From positions 1 to 64,000 of the IMG/VR virus record IMGVR_UViG_3300002498_000005: a stretch of DNA of 64,000 nt. One strand, written 5' to 3'. Below are positions 29,763 to 39,595 of this stretch, piece after piece. Source of the DNA: a virus. Under the pieces are notes generated by a model, which did no database searches, was not told where the DNA came from, and saw only the letters and a program-made list of their open reading frames with translations. The position numbers and the translations under genes were made by a program. Each line of letters opens with the position of its first letter. The stretch's first letter is position 1.

Positions 29763-29974
29763 TCATTATTTAGGCATATTAATTCTCCTTCTGCCGAGCT
29801 ACGGCTTTGTTACTGTTATAGATACCACAGCTTAACCCCAAAGTCTAAATATTGTATTTTACATTTGCTTAAATTTATTTCCCTGTCTCTTGCCCACTCT
29901 GTAGCTTCTTTATCCGTAGAGAAAATCATTATCATAATGTGTTCTCCTTCGTAATAAATTATTAATTCTATTCA

Positions 29975-30157
29975 CTAAAACTCACAAACACTATCCCAAT
30001 ATCCAATTTTTTCTCCGTCTGGGTTATAAATTATGCCATCATCATGCTGTAGTTCATTCATTTCTAACATAATGCCGTTGACTATTTCTGTTATTGCATT
30101 TTCATGGTTTCCATCTGCAAAAATATCATGGTCTGTATCAAATTTAATTATAAACAT
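29975..30157 (-). CDS. Small acidic protein
   Basis: AGGAGG RBS. Confidence 0.6.
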   Translation of the reverse strand: MFIIKFDTDHDIFADGNHENAITEIVNGIMLEMNELQHDDGIIYNPDGEKIGYWDSVCEF

Positions 30158-30549
30158 GGATTAACCCTCCTTTATTTCGTAACCAATCACATCAACAACA
30201 TCTTTATCAAAAAACTCTGCAACCTCTTTTGATTCTTTCCCATATTTGTGTTCTAAGCAATCAAGCATAAATTCTAAGTCCTTATATTTTTTTGTTCTTC
30301 TATCCGCTATTTCAGCCATAAACTTATAAACCTTCATATTATAAAACCTCCATTTTATTTAGCATTCTTGTTCTTCTATTCCATAAATTACAATTGAGCT
30401 TTCATGGTCAACCTTGCTCTCCGATATAATTTTATAAAATCTAGCTAACGCTTCGTCTTTTGTTTCGTCTTCGTTCATTGTTAGATAAAATCCCATGTGT
30501 ACATATAATTCTTTTTCTTTCATCGTGGCACAGCTCTCTTTCTGTTATA

Positions 30550-30840
30550 CTATTCTGACTCAATATAAACTTTATTAGGTATTCCGAACATTTCAAAGTA
30601 GTGAGTGATGCCAGTTTCAATAAGCTCCTTTTGTTCCTTGTCGGGCTTATCGGAAATATCAATCAAGCATGTATCCATTCCGTAGCCACCAATCATAATC
30701 ATATTGTTATCATAAAAATCTTGTTTTTCAATTCTGCGCCAAGTATTCTCTTCTTCGTCTTCGCAAAAATCAAACCCCTCGCCTATTTCAAAATTTATGG
30801 CTTCTTCAATTATCTCGTTAAGTGTTATTGGTTTTAACAT
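30550..30840 (-). CDS. Acidic hypothetical protein
   Basis: AGGAG RBS. Confidence 0.6.
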   Translation of the reverse strand: MLKPITLNEIIEEAINFEIGEGFDFCEDEEENTWRRIEKQDFYDNNMIMIGGYGMDTCLIDISDKPDKEQKELIETGITHYFEMFGIPNKVYIESE

Positions 30841-31261
30841 TTTTAAATCTCCTAATCTTTAATACCTTTGCTGTTATACTATATCTCAACCCCAAAAGGG
30901 ATTTCAATATTATTTGTTTTTAAGGTCTCAATAATTTCTATATATCTTTTTTCTTCTTGCTCCGTTAGGTTGATATCTTTATCTTGCTTATGGACATAAT
31001 CTGAAAGTTCGTCTAATAGTTCGTCAAAATTATATATCATAATCAATTCTCTCCTTCTAATTAAAAGCTTCATTTTATTAAGATTCCATATCATACATTT
31101 TAAAATCTTCATCATCTTCTGGGTTTAACAACATTGTTGTCATATAGTTCCCGTTATCAATAATATCTTGAATAATATAACCATTTGAAATATCTTCCCA
31201 TATTGCTTGCATCTGTATTAAATTTGTTTTAAATTCTTTTTCCATGAATAAAAACCTCCTT

Positions 31262-31507
31262 TTATTCACTTATATTGTAAAATTCATCTATTATATAATA
31301 ATCGCTAAATGTTTCTATAGCTCGGATTATACTGCTTTCTAAAGTGTCTCCCATTCTTTCTAATTCCCATATACCATTGACATTTACAAATTCGTCAGTA
31401 TACGTTATTTCCCAAACCTTATCAAGCAAAACAGGCTTATCAAATTTGCTTTTTCTTATTTTGTTTTTTATCGTTTCTAATTCTGTTTCTGTTAAGGTTA
31501 TATCCAT
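31262..31507 (-). CDS. Hypothetical protein
   Basis: AGGAGG RBS; stop in site 31249. Confidence 0.6.
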   Translation of the reverse strand: MDITLTETELETIKNKIRKSKFDKPVLLDKVWEITYTDEFVNVNGIWELERMGDTLESSIIRAIETFSDYYIIDEFYNISE

Positions 31508-31520
31508 TTGAAACCCTCCT

Positions 31521-31808
31521 TTAATCCATATAATCTTTTATTATTTGTGCTTTGGTCTCCGCTATAAAATCATCTTGCTTTAAAAACTCTTTTATGTGCC
31601 TTAGTGTTGTGTCGCTGAATGTACCAAAAACCTTTGCTGTTTCTCTCTCTGTGTCAATCTCTGCTACGATTGTGTTATAGCTTCTAAGCCTTTTGATATT
31701 GCCCTCTTGCTCTACTCTTGCCTTACTATAAAAGCTTGCTCTGCTGTCGTATCTTGCATCTAATTCATAACTTATCATTGTGTTACCTTCTTTTAAATTT
31801 ATTTGCAA
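31521..31808 (-). CDS. Hypothetical early phage protein
   Basis: SFYSKARV..LRSYNT.VA..S.TT.RHIKEF. Confidence 0.65.
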   Translation of the reverse strand: MQINLKEGNTMISYELDARYDSRASFYSKARVEQEGNIKRLRSYNTIVAEIDTERETAKVFGTFSDTTLRHIKEFLKQDDFIAETKAQIIKDYMD

Positions 31809-31862
31809 GGGGCTTGTAACCTTGCCACCGCATTACCGACCTAAAAGGTCGTTACTCTGCTG

Positions 31863-32240
31863 TTACTCTATATCTTCGCATGTCATTTCGATATCTTCTT
31901 CGTCTTGCTCCTCCTCTTGAAATATTACGGTGCAACCATAATAATTTTCTTCGTCTCCGTCTGTCATACCTTCTAATTCGTCTATTAAATTTGTTCGTTC
32001 TCCGTCTTGATAATCGCTAAAACCGCAGTCATAAGCTATTTCGTCTACGCTCTTAAAGGCTTGTGATGCGCTGTAGTCTATTCCGCATATGTTTACGTCT
32101 CCAAAACAATCGTCTAGCATGTTATCATATTCGTCTTCGTCTATGTAATCTATTAAATAGTCTCCTGCTTCGTCTGCTGTATTAAATTCTTCTGTGCCGT
32201 CTATAATATATTTTGCCATTTCTGTTATACCTTCTTTCAT
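31863..32240 (-). CDS. Very acidic protein, candidate DNA mimic
   Basis: D/E-dominated sequence; first gene after promoter 32257-32285. Confidence 0.6.
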   Translation of the reverse strand: MKEGITEMAKYIIDGTEEFNTADEAGDYLIDYIDEDEYDNMLDDCFGDVNICGIDYSASQAFKSVDEIAYDCGFSDYQDGERTNLIDELEGMTDGDEENYYGCTVIFQEEEQDEEDIEMTCEDIE

Positions 32241-32256
32241 TATTTATTATAGTATT

Positions 32257-32285
32257 AGTATACCATGTTATATATAGTATGTCAA
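32257..32285 (-). promoter_or_regulatory. sigmaA-type promoter
   Basis: TTGACA-17-TATACT with TG. Confidence 0.7.
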
Positions 32286-32443
32286 TACTATATATAAAAT
32301 ATTCTTAAATATTTTTCTGTTATCCAATGCTATTTTTAATCCCTACAATGATTGCTGTTATGCCTATTAGCGCATCTATAGTCAATAATATTTTTGCTTT
32401 TCTTGTCAAGACTGTTTCCTTCTTTCGTGATAAAATATTCTTT

Positions 32444-32704
32444 TTAATCGTTTCCAAGTATGTCATTAGGATTAATATGTAATATTGAAGCGATAACCCT
32501 AGCTTTTATTAGGCATTCTTCTTGTTGCTTCTCCAGTTTGGATTCTTCTTTTGTGCCGAGTATATCACCGTTCCAAGCCTGTATAGTTTTTCTATAAGCT
32601 GTTTTAAACGCTAAGTATGCTTGCTTTAAATCATTTTCTTTTAAGCAAATATGCCCTATATTTTCACAAACTTTTGCATTTTCATTTTCTAAATTATATT
32701 TCAT
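32444..32704 (-). CDS. Hypothetical protein
   Basis: Between sites 32431/32748. Confidence 0.55.
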   Translation of the reverse strand: MKYNLENENAKVCENIGHICLKENDLKQAYLAFKTAYRKTIQAWNGDILGTKEESKLEKQQEECLIKARVIASILHINPNDILGND

Positions 32705-33056
32705 TTTTACCCTTCTTTCATGAGCGACAAAACTGTCGCTGTTATAATAAAATCTGTTTTTTATTCTGTTATTTGATCTTTAAATTTATCATATAATAAT
32801 AAAAAGGCATATGTTATAGTATAATAATTATCTTTCATAGTCTCGAACCCTTTTCTTAGTTCTATCATATCTTCGAAATGATTATCATTAAATTTTATTA
32901 GGTCAATAGCTTCGTTAATGGTTTCTTTTTCGTATTCCTTAAACGTTTTTTTTATTTCCTTTCTTGCTAAACTGCATATAGTTTGCTGTTACTGCATATA
33001 TTATATAGAATATAATGCACCTATTTTGATTTTTGCCTTTTAAAATGCTTATTTTA

Positions 33057-33308
33057 TTAAAAACTTAATGCAGATAGATTTTTTTGTAATCCCCTACATA
33101 CAATATTAATCCAACAATCTGGTGTATCATCATAACTTGATTGAATATAAACTTCTACAACTGTAATTTTTGACAAGTCTATTTTTTTAATTGCTGTCGG
33201 CAATGAAATCATATTATATTTGTTGTTTACATCTACAACGTTTATAGTGTAATCATTTTGGTTTAATACTTTTACTAACGTATTTAATTGCATTTTATAA
33301 CCCTCCAT
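33057..33308 (-). CDS. Hypothetical protein
   Basis: GGAGGG before internal ATG. Confidence 0.55.
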   Translation of the reverse strand: MEGYKMQLNTLVKVLNQNDYTINVVDVNNKYNMISLPTAIKKIDLSKITVVEVYIQSSYDDTPDCWINIVCRGLQKNLSALSF

Positions 33309-33665
33309 GTGTGACAGCTTGCTTGCTGTTACGCTATTTTTTTATTTAAGGCTGTTAAGCACTTATTGAAAAACATTAATATATAATGTTCTCCGTAAAC
33401 GCTTTAAAATGTTACGTTGTTGTATTGTTTTTGCGTTATTTCGCCATTTTTACATAAGCTATCTATAAAATACGACCATTCCAATTGAACTTTGCAATAA
33501 TCGTCTTTTCTAGCTTTACGGTATGCGTTATAATCTCCGTTGTATATCTCATTAATAAACCTACTTTTTATAGTCATTTATAAACATCTCCATATTTTTA
33601 TTTAATGCCTAAAGCACTCTATATTATATATTGCTTGCTGTTATACAATATATAATAACAACGCT

Positions 33666-34079
33666 TTAATTTGTACGATATATATAATATTCTCCTTCTT
33701 CGATTTCTTCCCCGTCATATCCGCTCAAAAAATGCCCTCTGCCGTCTGCTTCAACTGCGTCCGAAATAAATTCGTCAAGGTCTATTATAATTGCTTTTAC
33801 AATTTCGTTTGCATTTTCGCAAAGTTCGCTTTGCATTGTTTGAAACGCTTTTAGTGTTTTCTCTGTATAATTCTCTAAATTAGAATGATCGAGTATAAAG
33901 TCTGTATTAAATGCCCACAATAATTCTTTTATTTCTTCGCTTGTTTTGTCTTCTGCTTCTTCATCTGTTAATACTAAAAATTCGCCTTGTTCTGTTTCAA
34001 AATTATTATTATCATATCCGTTTTTTATTTCTGTTTCTTCAATGTTTAAAAATTTTGCTAATGCTTCTATTTTGTTCAT
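33666..34079 (-). CDS. Acidic hypothetical early protein
   Basis: E/D-rich; DGRGHFLSGYDGEE. Confidence 0.65.
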   Translation of the reverse strand: MNKIEALAKFLNIEETEIKNGYDNNNFETEQGEFLVLTDEEAEDKTSEEIKELLWAFNTDFILDHSNLENYTEKTLKAFQTMQSELCENANEIVKAIIIDLDEFISDAVEADGRGHFLSGYDGEEIEEGEYYIYRTN

Positions 34080-35028
34080 GATAAAACCTTCTTTTTATTT
34101 ATTAATAGTCATGAGCTATATTTTGCTAGCTGTTATAGACTATTTTATAATTCGCTTTGTCGGTCATTGACTGCAACAAAGCAAACTGGTAAAATATTCT
34201 AACTTTGTTCTGCTCCTTCCTTTTTTTTTGTTATATGTATATATTCGCCATAACTTTTTAAAATCCTGCTTATTTACAAAATTTACATTTTATTTTATTT
34301 TATTGACTTGGATATTTTCAATTTTGCATTGTTCTATTAGTCCTTGCCATATTGGATAGATTGCAAATTTTTCTTTTGCTTCCTTGCAAGTTTTGCTTTG
34401 TGTTGTACTGCAAACATAGTTATTATTATAATAAATGTCAATTTTTTTCATGTTCTTTCCCTTCTTTCCTGTTAAAATAGATATTTTATTTCGTGAGCTA
34501 CAAAATATTTTCTGTTACGTGAGCTATGCAAGGTCGGCTGTTACCTATAGGCAATCCGACAAGGTTAATCAGTTGATTAGTATGTTGGTTCATTAGTCAA
34601 GTAACTAACTAAAATTTTACATATTAATAAGTGACTTTTAATTCGCAAACATTACAATTATAACGTGTAACCATATTATCATTATTAGTAATTAAGTAAC
34701 CATTACAGCTAGTAGTAATACTTTTAATATTCCACAATGTAATAAAATGCCTTTTAAAAAATGTGCCTTTTTTAAAAACTTCAACAATCATTTTTTATAT
34801 ACCTTCTTTATTTTATTAATAATCATTAGATTATTTTAACTAGCATACTAACATCAGTATGCTATAAAAGCAATCTAGCCAATTATTAGCCACATTTCAA
34901 TATAGGCAATATAAACACATGCAAGAACTAGCATAAAACATAATGCACCATTAATATAATATAATGGGCTGTCTTGTCTTACTCTGTACTTTTTCATTTT
35001 TTACACCTCATTTTTTTAATTTTTTCTG

Positions 35029-35382
35029 TTATACAAAATACATTTTGTTGTCTATTTCAAGGCTTATAGCGTCTTGTTTTAAATTGCTTTTTAAATAATT
35101 GGCAATACTTAAAGTTTCTTTTATCGCCTTTTCAAAACTTTCATTGTTTACATAAGCAAATATAATATTGACTTTTTCGGTCACATTGCCGACCGTTTCA
35201 GAGTGCCAAAACCCTAAAGCACTAGTTATTGTTGCGCCACCACATACAGCCGTTAAACGGCTTGCAGTTTCGTTTATGTATTCGCTATTGTCGATTGTTT
35301 CATTAATATTTATTGTACTTGGCACGTATATGCTTATTTTATGGTTTAGCGGGATAAATTGTTTAAGTGCTTTATTGTTCAT
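35029..35382 (-). CDS. Hypothetical protein (DUF3574-like alpha/beta fold)
   Basis: GGAT...G.W..LKQDAI pattern. Confidence 0.55.
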   Translation of the reverse strand: MNNKALKQFIPLNHKISIYVPSTININETIDNSEYINETASRLTAVCGGATITSALGFWHSETVGNVTEKVNIIFAYVNNESFEKAIKETLSIANYLKSNLKQDAISLEIDNKMYFV

Positions 35383-35437
35383 GGTTTTTTATTTCCTTTC
35401 AAATTTAAGTTATTAAAGTAATGCAAGTTAAGCTATT

Positions 35438-35629
35438 TTAATATGTTCTATCTTCGATTCCGTTTTTTATGCCGTCTAAAATATCAAGCCTTCCATAAAG
35501 ACAATTTACAATAATTATTTTGTTAGCTTGTGTTAGTTTGTTTTTGCTTTGTAAGTTGTTTAAAGCTTTTTCAAGTTCTGCTATTTCTTTGTTGGTTTCT
35601 GCTAATTCTTCTTCATATTGTACTAACAT
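35438..35629 (-). CDS. Coiled-coil hypothetical protein
   Basis: GAAGG RBS. Confidence 0.5.
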   Translation of the reverse strand: MLVQYEEELAETNKEIAELEKALNNLQSKNKLTQANKIIIVNCLYGRLDILDGIKNGIEDRTY

Positions 35630-36036
35630 TGTTTAACCTTCTTTACTATTTATTAAGTGTATTAATAACACTTTATAAACCTTCTTTAATTTATTTATAT
35701 ATTACATAATATATATTAGATACTACTATCACAAAATAGTAATATCTATATACTTTATATAGTATAGCTTATATCTTAGTCATGCGCCTGTATTAGCTTT
35801 ATTGCACTTGGTACGCTCAATGCATACTTTGCCATGCTACAATGCCCACAATTAGCTCATAAGTAAGGTATAAAATATTTAATTGTCAAACCGTCACGCT
35901 AACGTATGAGCCAAGCGGTCAACCGCTAATTTATTGCTATCTATGCGCTATTATCCAGAGTAGTTACAAGCAAACATAGTACAAAAATTAGTAAAAACAA
36001 TCAAGGTGCAGAGTGTGTGCCACTCTTATATTGTCA

Positions 36037-36065
36037 ATTATATAGTATAGTATATAGTATATCAA
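36037..36065 (-). promoter_or_regulatory. Candidate early promoter at head of the accessory arm
   Basis: TTGATA-17-TATAAT. Confidence 0.5.
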
Positions 36066-36405
36066 TACTAGTATAGGACTATACATGCTTGTATATGGTA
36101 TATATGGTAAGTATGCTCAATATAGCTCCTATTATCTGCCATTTGCTACTATTTACTACGTTTATTAAATATATATATTGTCGTTTGATTATTAATAAGA
36201 TAGCAAAGTGTAGCAATCAATTACAATGGCATTTTAAGCGTTTTAAAGGGCTTTAGTATGTGTTGATATAAACATATTAAGGGATTTTTTATGTGGTTTA
36301 GAATTAATATTGTGACGTTGGTTTTTATAATGTGCATAGATTGTTGTATGATTATGCATAGTATTGTATATTTATACAGTATATAAAAGTATAAAAAAAA
36401 GAGAA

Positions 36406-36888
36406 TTACATTCTCTTAATATTCGCCCATTTTGTTTTTTTAAATAATTCGTATAATGTTTTATTTATTCTTTTGCCCTTCATAAATATAAATGGATTAA
36501 CAATATAGGCAAATTTTTTAGTCCCCGTTTTGTGTTTGCCTAAAATTTCTTTTTCAACTAAGCTTAATAATAATCTATCTATTGTTCTTTCCGTTTGTTT
36601 GGTTTCTTGTATCATTATTTCCCTTGTTAGTAGTTGTCTATTTTTCTCTAATATTCCGTCATCATAATTTATATACTGTATTAGATAATATAAAAATAGG
36701 CTTTCTTTACCTGTCAAATCTTCGGATAAGTCAAATAATACATTACTAAATATTTTTATAAATGGTTCGTTTTTATTTAATTCTATAGAATTAATATATT
36801 TATCTATGGATGTACTTCTAACTATTCTATCGCCCTGTTGAATTTCTCCCGTAATTGCTCCCGTATCTGTATCAACTACTATGTGCAT
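36406..36888 (-). CDS. RepL-like replication/maintenance wHTH protein
   Basis: VDTDTGAI N-terminus, HTH, YIVNPFIFMKG. Confidence 0.7.
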   Translation of the reverse strand: MHIVVDTDTGAITGEIQQGDRIVRSTSIDKYINSIELNKNEPFIKIFSNVLFDLSEDLTGKESLFLYYLIQYINYDDGILEKNRQLLTREIMIQETKQTERTIDRLLLSLVEKEILGKHKTGTKKFAYIVNPFIFMKGKRINKTLYELFKKTKWANIKRM

Positions 36889-36906
36889 TGTTTATCCCCT
36901 TTTCAT

Positions 36907-36985
36907 TAGTTACAGTCATTTTTTGACTGTAAAACGCCTAGTTACAGTCAGTTTTTGTCTGTAACTTTTGGCTGTAATCCAGTCA
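36907..36985. repeat. Tandem palindromic TTACAG...CTGTAA sites upstream of repL-like gene
   Basis: AGTTACAGTCA twice, each followed by CTGTAA; a third CTGTAA half-site. Confidence 0.65.
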
Positions 36986-37028
36986 TACCAGTACTTTTTG
37001 TATTTTGCTCTCTCTTACTCTTAATACA

Positions 37029-37742
37029 TTAATAATCTACTCTATATTTTGTATTTTCTAAACACTTTATAATTGATTTTTCTATGTTAATATTTTTATT
37101 TTTACTTAAAGTTAATACATTATGCACAGAGAATATTATACTTTCTCGCCATCTATTTTCAATTTTTGTATAACTTAACTTAAAATAGACTTTAGAATTG
37201 AAAGAATAACTTTCTATATAAATACTGGGTTTAAGAGTATCTAATATTATTTTATCTTTGTTCTTTTCAAACCAATAATATTCAAGGATATAGTGATAAA
37301 TGGGTAGTATCTTTAATAGATTAATCTTTCTTTTCAATTGTTTTGTGCCGTCTAAATACGGTAATTTTATTATAATATTCTTAAATGTATTTCTATATAT
37401 TAAATAATCTTTAAGGAGTTTATTAAACTTTTCATTGTCTGGAATAATAGGCTCTTTTTGATTAACAATAGATATATTGTAACCGTTATTAATACTATCG
37501 TATTGTTTAATATAATAGCTTTCTTTGGATGGCAATTGCTCTAGATTTTCAATGGCTTCTAAGGTTTTATATATAAATGATTTATGGTCATATATATTCC
37601 AATCTATTTGAAACTTATAAGAATGATGTTCATTGCTATTTAATAATTGTTTGTGTTGTTTGATTCTCTTTTCTATATTGGTGCTACTGCCTATATAACA
37701 TTTGTTATTTACTTTGTTTATTATCTGATATATACCCTGCAT
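37029..37742 (-). CDS. GIY-YIG endonuclease
   Basis: GIYQIIN..CYIGSS..R..H..E..NGYN. Confidence 0.88.
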   Translation of the reverse strand: MQGIYQIINKVNNKCYIGSSTNIEKRIKQHKQLLNSNEHHSYKFQIDWNIYDHKSFIYKTLEAIENLEQLPSKESYYIKQYDSINNGYNISIVNQKEPIIPDNEKFNKLLKDYLIYRNTFKNIIIKLPYLDGTKQLKRKINLLKILPIYHYILEYYWFEKNKDKIILDTLKPSIYIESYSFNSKVYFKLSYTKIENRWRESIIFSVHNVLTLSKNKNINIEKSIIKCLENTKYRVDY

Positions 37743-37777
37743 ATTAGTCCTTCCTTTACTTGTATGTATTACCTTAT

Positions 37778-37807
37778 ATTATATCATATTATGGTGTGTA
37801 TTGTCAA
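37778..37807 (-). promoter_or_regulatory. sigmaA-type promoter
   Basis: TTGACA-18-TATAAT with TG. Confidence 0.7.
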
Positions 37808-37816
37808 ATGTGGAAG

Positions 37817-37848
37817 TTATACACAATGTGTTGATAATGTGTGGATAA
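37817..37848. promoter_or_regulatory. DnaA-box cluster
   Basis: TTATACACA (37817), TGTTGATAA (37829), TGTGGATAA (37840). Confidence 0.6.
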
Positions 37849-38911
37849 GTATAATTAATAGTATATAGTTATGTAGTATACAGTATATATCGTGAGCATA
37901 TAAGAGTATATAGAAGTGTGTATATGTGATATATACAATATGTGTAATAGTTAATTGTAATACTGGTTACATTTTAAAGTCATCTCAGAAATTCGGCTTG
38001 TTACCCAAGAAATACACCAAAAAACAGTAATAAAACAACACAAAGCAAAGTACAGCCAAACACTAGCAAACAACAATAATATACTAAGCTATACAGCTTT
38101 AAAATGTGCAATATCTGAACTTGTCTAAAATAATTACCATATTTTAGTTAAATATAGCCTTAAAACAAGTGTATAATGTACCGTTATAATGTGGTTTGGG
38201 TGCATATAGTGCTATATAGTGTAGTGGGGGGTATTTTACAATAATAAATACCATAAATTCCCAAATACCCGTATAGCACATTCATCCACACACAAATATC
38301 CAAATTCCACCAATTCAAATATCCCGACACTCACCAACAAAACCCCACCAAACTCCCCACATCCCAAACATTTCCAATTTCCCCGACAAATCCCACACAA
38401 AAATAAAAACATTAATACTTGCATACTATTTTTATCACTGGGCACACTAATATAAAGAAGGTGATAAAATGATACAACTATGGCTACGACACATTATCAA
38501 GCAATTGGCAATCAAAAAACAAAAACAACGTAACCAACAATTAAAAATAAATAATTGCTTAGAAAAAATAAATAAACAACGTATATAATCAGCATAATTG
38601 GACATAATACTAACAATACAACAAATCAACACACAAAATAGCACAGCCACGCAACAAAAAAATCCACACCAAAATGATGTGAAATAAAAAAAACATAAAT
38701 AACACAAGTAAAAATATATTATATAATATATTATGATTCCCAGACAAACTAAGGACACCCAACATTACAACTAAACATGCAAATTCAAACAACCAGTTAA
38801 TTGAACATAGTTTTAATGCACATTTTGATAAATAGAATGAATAGTTCTATTTATTTTATTGCACAAACATATATAACTTGTCCCACAATACACAATGAAA
38901 TTATCTAATAG

Positions 38912-39258
38912 GTCATGAATTGTGACCCATAACATATTAACTATATATATAATATTATATATATTAATAGTATTATAGGTATTATATATATAACTATATA
39001 ACTATATTATAATATATATATTATATAATTATATATATGTTATGAGTCATTAATTGTGACCTATTGACAAAATTAACCTGTTGGTGGTATACTTAATCAG
39101 TCATTAATAATGACCTATAACATATGTATATAATATTATAATTATATCTAAACAATATATACTTAGATTATTATATATAACTATATTATTTATTATAAAT
39201 ATTATTATATATAATATAACTATAAAGTTAATATATATTATAAGTCATGATTTGTGAC
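38912..39258. repeat. Four palindromic GTCAT-N5-RTGAC sites in an extremely AT-rich tract
   Basis: Copies at 38912, 39046, 39100, 39244. Confidence 0.75.
39064..39093 (+). promoter_or_regulatory. sigmaA-type promoter flanked by operators
   Basis: TTGACA-18-TATACT with TG. Confidence 0.7.
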
Positions 39259-39275
39259 TCTTTAGGAGGTGTAAT

Positions 39276-39593
39276 ATGACAGGTAAATCTGCCCCCACAT
39301 TAATATATTCTACTGATAAAGGCTTAAACAAGGGGTTTTATCAAATACCACAATCTTTTATGCAAGTCATATTTAAGCACTTCTCATATAATCAAGCTAA
39401 GATATTATTGACTCTATGCGGTACTAAAGCTGGGTTTAAACCTTCAGCTAAATGGATGACTCAGCAAACTGGACTTGCCAGTAATGTTTATTTCAAAAAT
39501 AAAGCAGAACTTATAAAACAAAATTATATTGTCTATGACGCTGCCAAAAATACAATTTCAATCAATTATGAAAAAATCTATGCTATGCTATAA
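39276..39593 (+). CDS. wHTH DNA-binding protein
   Basis: AGGAGG RBS; SAKWMTQQTGLASNVYFKNKAELIKQNYI. Confidence 0.6.
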   Translation: MTGKSAPTLIYSTDKGLNKGFYQIPQSFMQVIFKHFSYNQAKILLTLCGTKAGFKPSAKWMTQQTGLASNVYFKNKAELIKQNYIVYDAAKNTISINYEKIYAML

Positions 39594-39595
39594 AT

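Larger units (their letters stand above)
815..34488. repeat. Dispersed 16-bp junction site TAAAA-N6-TTTTA (about 45 copies)
   Basis: Perfect copies start at 1276,1791,2031,4614,8771,9357,10552,11375,12255,13030,14521,15566,17071,17899,20763,22802,25282,25526,27178,28273,30342,31062,31249,32431,32748,33041,34082,34473; 1-2 mismatch copies at 815,1080,2635,3227,3688,4152,4397,10837,12012,13669,14182,15969,16542,17029,20530,22651,24390,24433,24925,25254,26742. Confidence 0.9.
28691..34543 (-). repeat. Bipartite 26-bp junction motif (plus strand nnYGWGnnAY-N10-CTGTTA)
   Basis: Full copies at 28691,29793,30522,32719,33306,34110,34492,34518; CTGTTA half-sites at 28984,30871,31860,32222,32317,32355,32766,32986,33352,33638,34469,35026. 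Confidence 0.75.

Noticed and set aside
815-34488. CRISPR array interpretation of the dispersed repeats
   Set aside because: Units are gene-sized and irregular, the repeat has a variable core, and there are no cas genes
1437-35416. Short plus-strand ORFs overlapping minus-strand genes
   Set aside because: Antisense shadows without RBS or motifs (except 7769 and 8143)
38236-38792. Three minus-strand hydrophobic ORFs
   Set aside because: Artefacts of the A/C-rich low-complexity strand; no RBS
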